Shown piece after piece: positions 25,200 to 29,327 of a stretch of 29,327 bases of DNA (position 1 is its first letter; every line of letters begins with the position of its first letter). The translations under genes were made by a program, and so were the position numbers. The notes beneath the pieces were generated by a model. The model was given only the letters and a program-made list of their open reading frames with translations. It did no database searches and was not told where the DNA came from. The DNA lies in contig JAWBTN010000001.1 in the NCBI GenBank assembly GCA_039000415.1, positions 1-29,327 of the forward strand, read 5' to 3'. The stretch is from Candidatus Aenigmatarchaeota archaeon (GTDB lineage: Archaea > Aenigmatarchaeota > Aenigmatarchaeia > CG10238-14 > SCSR01).

Positions 25200-25484
25200 T
25201 TAAATTTTTATGTTTTCTCTCAAGAAATCTTTTATTTTCTCGTAAGTTTTTTCAAGTCTATAAGCTTTTATGTATCTTTCTGTTATCTTCCTCTTCACTC
25301 TTGAATAAATCTCGTTGATTTCATCAACATCTGGAAATTTTATTAAAAAGTTGTATTCGTTGAGGATTTCATTTATGATTTTGTAAATCCACTCACTAAT
25401 TTTAATACCTTCTTTTCTCAACATCTCAAGGATTTCATATCCAGCGATCATTCTTCCGTAATTGCGATAGCATTCCCAACTCAT
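25200..25484 (-). CDS. Unknown 94-aa ORF inserted between uL23 and uL2
   Basis: ATGA overlap with the uL23 stop; ends 29 nt before the uL2 start; I/E/K/Y-rich, helical-looking. Confidence 0.72.
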   Translation of the reverse strand: MSWECYRNYGRMIAGYEILEMLRKEGIKISEWIYKIINEILNEYNFLIKFPDVDEINEIYSRVKRKITERYIKAYRLEKTYEKIKDFLRENIKI

Positions 25485-25747
25485 ATTATCCCCAACTTCA
25501 CTGCAACATCCCTAGCATTATATTCCGGTTTAAGCTTTATAAACGCTTTCTTCCTTCCCTTGAAGTCGATCATAACGTTAACTCTCTCCACTTTAACCTG
25601 AAACAGCTTTTCAAAAGCTTCTTTTATCTGTTTTTTATTAGCTTTTCTATCCACTATGAAAACTATTTTATTCTCTTTTTCTATCATACTCACAGATTTC
25701 TCTGTTGTGTAAGGATATTTTAACACTTTGAAAGGATCCATATTCAT
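25481..25747 (-). CDS. rpl23: Ribosomal protein uL23
   Basis: YPYTTEKS..ENKIVFIVD..ANKKQIK..KKAFIKL. Confidence 0.97.
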   Translation of the reverse strand: MNMDPFKVLKYPYTTEKSVSMIEKENKIVFIVDRKANKKQIKEAFEKLFQVKVERVNVMIDFKGRKKAFIKLKPEYNARDVAVKLGII

Positions 25748-26514
25748 CTACCCAATTTTTCTATCGCACTCTTTGACCAAATAGTTAGTCTGCCCGGCAT
25801 TCCTCCAGGTGCAAGAAGCTCGATGTTCAAATTGTCAACTAAACAAGCATCCAAACCAAGGTTTTTTGCAACTTTCTTTATCCCTTCATCTTTAGCAACA
25901 ATTACGAGAGGCCCAACTTTTCTCTTATACTTCTTCCTTTTCAATTTCTTTTCCTTTATCCTTTCCAATTCTTTTTCCAAACCAATTTTCTTCAAGAAAT
26001 TCTCCAGTTCTTTAGCTTTTTTCACTTTTTCGATTACATCCTCAACTACTATCGGAAGTTTATTTATTCCTTCAACTTTATGTCCTCTTTTAAGAACTAA
26101 ATCTTTCTTAGCAGTTGCTGCGATCGCAGATTTGATAGCTTTTTTTCTCTCCTTTTCATTTATCTTCTGTTTCCATATTTTCTCAACTTTTGGTGGATGG
26201 GCTTCCCTTCCTTTTACAGTTTGAGGCGCAAATCTTGCCCTGAACATTTGTTGTAGAGGAATTTTTCCATGGAGGCGTGGCATCCTTGCCATCTCCCTAG
26301 ACATCATACTCCATCTATGTCTTCTGTATCCATGGTAATGAGCAGAAGTCCTTTTACCAGCTAGAACATCAGTTCCGTAAGCCTGGCGTTTGTTGGCCTG
26401 AATTACCAAAAAAGCTCTTCTTATCAAATCTTCCCTCAAAGGCTCTTCAAAAATTTTAGGTAGTTCTATTTCCCCTACCATTTTTCCTTCCAAGTCAAAA
26501 ACATCGGCTTTCAT
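25744..26514 (-). CDS. rpl4: Ribosomal protein uL4
   Basis: LREDLIRRA, AGKRTSA, GREAHPPK, LAPGGMPGRLTIW. Confidence 0.97.
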   Translation of the reverse strand: MKADVFDLEGKMVGEIELPKIFEEPLREDLIRRAFLVIQANKRQAYGTDVLAGKRTSAHYHGYRRHRWSMMSREMARMPRLHGKIPLQQMFRARFAPQTVKGREAHPPKVEKIWKQKINEKERKKAIKSAIAATAKKDLVLKRGHKVEGINKLPIVVEDVIEKVKKAKELENFLKKIGLEKELERIKEKKLKRKKYKRKVGPLVIVAKDEGIKKVAKNLGLDACLVDNLNIELLAPGGMPGRLTIWSKSAIEKLGR

Positions 26515-27482
26515 TTAATCACTTCCTTTATCTCAGGTAAGATAAACCTAGCTTTTGGCGGTCTTATAGCTGATCTTAATCTTATCAACCTCTTCTTTGG
26601 TCCAGGAACTGAACCTTCAACAAGCACATAATCGCTTTTAACTATTCCATACCTTTTAAACCCTGATTTTGGTGTAACTTCTTCTCCTTTCTCCCCGATT
26701 TTCAATATCCTTTTATTGAGTTCGGTCCTTGTTTGAAAACCAAGTTGTCCGGCCATGGGTACGGTGTGTCTTACTTTGCCGGGCTGTTCTTGACCAAGCG
26801 TTCCAACATGCCTCCTCTTCTCCTTCGCTTTCCTAGATTGTATGAAAACACCAAATCTCTTAACAGGCCCAGCAGTACCTTTCCCTTTAGTTACAGCTAT
26901 TACATCAACAAATTCACCTTGTCTGAAAACATCAGAAGCTCTAACATCCTTTCCAAGTAGTTTTTTTGCGAATTCTATTTTCTCTTTTATGTCTTTACCC
27001 CCAACTTCCATCTCAAAAATTTCGGGTTTCTTCTTCCCTAAGCCAGAAAGAGTTGGTTGTGTCGCAACGATTAATCTTATTTTCACGACTTTATCCAAAT
27101 TCTTCTCTACTTCACTCAACTTTTCTTCACTAGGTTTAACCTTAACTTTTCTTTCGATGTGTTTGGGTAAATTTTTAGTCCAAACTTCTGTTAAAACTTT
27201 AAGTCCTTTAGTAGTTTGTTCGTAGAATCTTATGCCAACAACCCTCATAGGAGGACATTCTATCACAGTTGCAGGAACAACAACTTCTTGTCCAAAAGTA
27301 GGTGAAGACTTAACGTTATCTATCAAAACAACTTGAGTCATACCAGCTTTGTAACCGGCAAAATCCAATAGTTTTGGCTTATCTGTTTCTGGGTAGGTTG
27401 ATATTGAGGGATAAATCCTCTTAGCTCTTTTCCTCGGATAAAAAGCTTGACTCCCCTTTCTCGGTCTTCTTACTTCCGGCAT
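26511..27482 (-). CDS. rpl3: Ribosomal protein uL3
   Basis: PRKGS..PRKRA, GYKAGMTQ, TKGKGTAGPVKRFG, AGQLGFQTRTE, GSVPGPKKRL. Confidence 0.98.
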   Translation of the reverse strand: MPEVRRPRKGSQAFYPRKRAKRIYPSISTYPETDKPKLLDFAGYKAGMTQVVLIDNVKSSPTFGQEVVVPATVIECPPMRVVGIRFYEQTTKGLKVLTEVWTKNLPKHIERKVKVKPSEEKLSEVEKNLDKVVKIRLIVATQPTLSGLGKKKPEIFEMEVGGKDIKEKIEFAKKLLGKDVRASDVFRQGEFVDVIAVTKGKGTAGPVKRFGVFIQSRKAKEKRRHVGTLGQEQPGKVRHTVPMAGQLGFQTRTELNKRILKIGEKGEEVTPKSGFKRYGIVKSDYVLVEGSVPGPKKRLIRLRSAIRPPKARFILPEIKEVIK

Positions 27483-27561
27483 TTTCCCACTTTCTGAATT
27501 TATAATGTTTTGATTGAAATAAATAAAAAGGTTTAAATTCCTTTACAATTCAAGAAAAATT

Positions 27562-28263
27562 ATGGAATTGAAAAGACTACCGATGATAAATCCCGAAGAT
27601 ACTTGCGTTTGGTTAGATCTAGAAGGAGTTTTAATGGAAAAACACATAACTTTTTACCTCCTAAGTTATAACCCACTTTTAACGATAAAATCTATTTTGA
27701 AAAGTTTTGTGAAAGCTTTTTCAAATAAGATAAGGAAAAGAGAAACATGTTTTTTTGAAGAATTGATAAAAGAGTGTAAAAAAATGTATGAAAGTGAATT
27801 AAAACCCCATGAGCTGTACAAGCTTGGAAGAAAAATATCTGAAGCCCAGTCTTCTACCCATAAAACAACTGTGATGAATCTGTTGAAAATTTTAAAAGAG
27901 GATGGTTATGATGTTTACTTATTAACTAAAGCTGAAAAAACAATAGCTCAAGGTTTCATGGACAGTTTTCCAGAAGAATTAAGACCGGAAAAAGAAAAAA
28001 TAATCACAACACAAGAAAAAGATAAATTTGTCGAAGATATAAAGTCCAAAACTCGTAAGAAAGTGATCGGAATTGGTGATACGAAATATGATGAAGAAGC
28101 TTTAAGAAAATCGGATGTAGCATGTGTTGTATCAAGTTCTATTTACAAACTATTTCCACCAAGAATAGAAAAAGGATACAAGTTCAAAAATTTGGCAGAA
28201 GTTAAAAGTTTCTTCGACGCGATGTATTTTCAAAAACAATTCGAAATGATTTTAAAAATTTAA
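27562..28263 (+). CDS. HAD-superfamily hydrolase-like protein
   Basis: Motif I WLDLEGVL, motif II YLLT, motif IV GIGDTKYD. Confidence 0.7.
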   Translation: MELKRLPMINPEDTCVWLDLEGVLMEKHITFYLLSYNPLLTIKSILKSFVKAFSNKIRKRETCFFEELIKECKKMYESELKPHELYKLGRKISEAQSSTHKTTVMNLLKILKEDGYDVYLLTKAEKTIAQGFMDSFPEELRPEKEKIITTQEKDKFVEDIKSKTRKKVIGIGDTKYDEEALRKSDVACVVSSSIYKLFPPRIEKGYKFKNLAEVKSFFDAMYFQKQFEMILKI

Positions 28264-28276
28264 AAACAATTGATAA

Positions 28277-28771
28277 ATGATGGAAAAACAATGTGTTTTT
28301 TGTCAAATAGTTGAGAAGAAAATTCATGCAAGGGTAGTTTACGAGGACGAAAATTTCATGGCATTTTTGGATATAAGACCTTTGAACCCAGGACACACAC
28401 TTTTAATTCCAAAAAAACATTACCGCTGGGTTTACGATGTACCGAACTTCGAGCAAATGTGGGGAATAGTGAAAAAAGTAACACTCGGCATAATTTCTGC
28501 TTTAAATCCTATATCTGTATCCTACGCTACTTTAGGTTTTGAAGTAGAGCATGCCCATATTTGGATAATCCCAAGATTCAAAGATGACGGACATGAAGGA
28601 ATAATAAATTGGCTTGCTGTTAAAAATATTTCTCCTGAAGAGATGGATGAAATAGCTAGGAAGATAAAGGATAATATACCAAAAGAGGAAAAAATGGAAG
28701 AGGGAGTTGAAGAAAAAGAGAAAAGTGAAGAAGAGATATGGTTGATAAAACGTAGCTTAGAAATTACTTGA
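28277..28771 (+). CDS. HIT-family nucleotide hydrolase
   Basis: CVFCQI, FLDIRPLNPGHTLLIPKKH, variant triad HAHIW. Confidence 0.9.
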   Translation: MMEKQCVFCQIVEKKIHARVVYEDENFMAFLDIRPLNPGHTLLIPKKHYRWVYDVPNFEQMWGIVKKVTLGIISALNPISVSYATLGFEVEHAHIWIIPRFKDDGHEGIINWLAVKNISPEEMDEIARKIKDNIPKEEKMEEGVEEKEKSEEEIWLIKRSLEIT

Positions 28772-28784
28772 ATAAATTATTCCT

Positions 28785-28858
28785 GCGCCAGTGGTCCAGC
28801 CTGGTTAAGACCCGAGCCTTCCAAGCTCGAGACCCGGGTTCAAATCCCGGCTGGCGCA
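28785..28858 (+). tRNA. tRNA-Gly(TCC)
   Basis: Acceptor stem GCGCCAG/CTGGCGC, anticodon arm CGAGC-CTTCCAA-GCTCG (TCC at 28820-28822), T arm CCGGG-TTCAAAT-CCCGG. No intron, CCA not encoded. Confidence 0.96.
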
Positions 28859-29327
28859 CTCAATCCATGCTTTAATTCTCTTTTTCCAAAAACCAACTCA
28901 AACCAAAATTTTTCCCACAAATTCTCAAACTTTCTAAACATTTTATCTCTAAGTTTTTCGAATTTTGCTTTGCTTTCTAGCAGTTCTTCTATCGAATATT
29001 TTTTCCTAGCTTTTTCTTTCTCTTCTTTGAGTATCTTCAATTCTTCTTCAAGTGAAATAAATTGCTCTTTAAATTCTAGCCAAATTTTCGTAATTACTAT
29101 CAACGATCTAACCAAGAAATTGAATAAAAATTGTTTCACTTCATTTCTGTAATCTGTTTCAATGTTCAGTAATTCTCTCACAAATGCTTGATTAATCTCA
29201 TTTTGATATTGTTTCAATTTCTCAAAAATCTTGTGTTTATCTTTTTCTTTTGACAGTTCCAAATAAGCTAAAGTCATATAATTGTAAGCCTCATACTTGA
29301 ATCCCGAAACTTTCTTAATAACTTCTC
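28840..29327 (-). CDS. Hypothetical coiled-coil-rich protein, 5'-partial
   Basis: Frame stays open from the track ATG (29277) to the right edge (EVIKKVSGFKYEAYNY-M), so the true start may lie outside the window. The 3' end overlaps tRNA-Gly antisense. Confidence 0.65.
   Translation of the reverse strand, partial: EVIKKVSGFKYEAYNYMTLAYLELSKEKDKHKIFEKLKQYQNEINQAFVRELLNIETDYRNEVKQFLFNFLVRSLIVITKIWLEFKEQFISLEEELKILKEEKEKARKKYSIEELLESKAKFEKLRDKMFRKFENLWEKFWFELVFGKRELKHGLSAPAGI

Noticed and set aside
18627-27225. Many plus-strand ORFs across the peptidase and r-protein operon (e.g. 18627-19064, 21197-21655, 25823-26224, 26842-27225)
   Set aside because: Antisense shadows of confident genes.
27483-27561. 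No S10 gene upstream of uL3
   Set aside because: Normal for archaea, where S10 lies with EF-1alpha.
28858-28861. tRNA lacks an encoded CCA
   Set aside because: Common in archaea; added by the CCA enzyme.
1-29327. CRISPR array, IS element, integrase, rRNA or intein
   Set aside because: No regularly spaced repeats, terminal inverted repeats, transposase/recombinase motifs, long non-coding GC-rich tract or oversized host protein seen by eye.

Overview
AT-rich, gene-dense archaeal chromosomal window. The fused PriS-PriL primase plus archaeal-type r-proteins point to a DPANN archaeon. Aenigmarchaeota-like and probably thermophilic is my inference from gene content and E/K/I/V-rich proteins, not a database result. 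Left: a replication/transcription/translation cluster split into two divergent arms (HPF-like, DUF99, signal peptidase I, TFS, RPA3, PCNA, Zn-ribbon/Hsp20-like, TIP49 <- | -> L40e, Zn protein, PriSL, GINS, L44e, S27e, MscS). Middle: Hsp20 plus an unannotated 35-aa CCHC zinc-finger ORF, RtcA, a DedA-like membrane protein, divergent enolase, ApgM, three small unknown ORFs around a symmetric divergent promoter, beta-CASP nuclease, APC permease and SerRS. Right: the L3-to-S14 ribosomal protein operon with two unknown ORFs inserted in it and a prepilin peptidase where S8 normally follows, then HAD, HIT, tRNA-Gly(TCC) and a partial ORF overlapping the tRNA. Four genes missing from the ORF track were read by hand: TIP49 (runs off the left edge), L40e, S14 and the zinc-finger ORF. 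I saw no CRISPR array, transposase, integrase or rRNA. Most content is housekeeping. The best leads are the TIP49 + Hsp20/CS-like pair (R2TP-like idea), the r-operon inserts, the altered uL4/uL22 exit-tunnel loops, the stand-alone HPF-like gene, the mini zinc finger and the operator-flanked trio of unknown genes.
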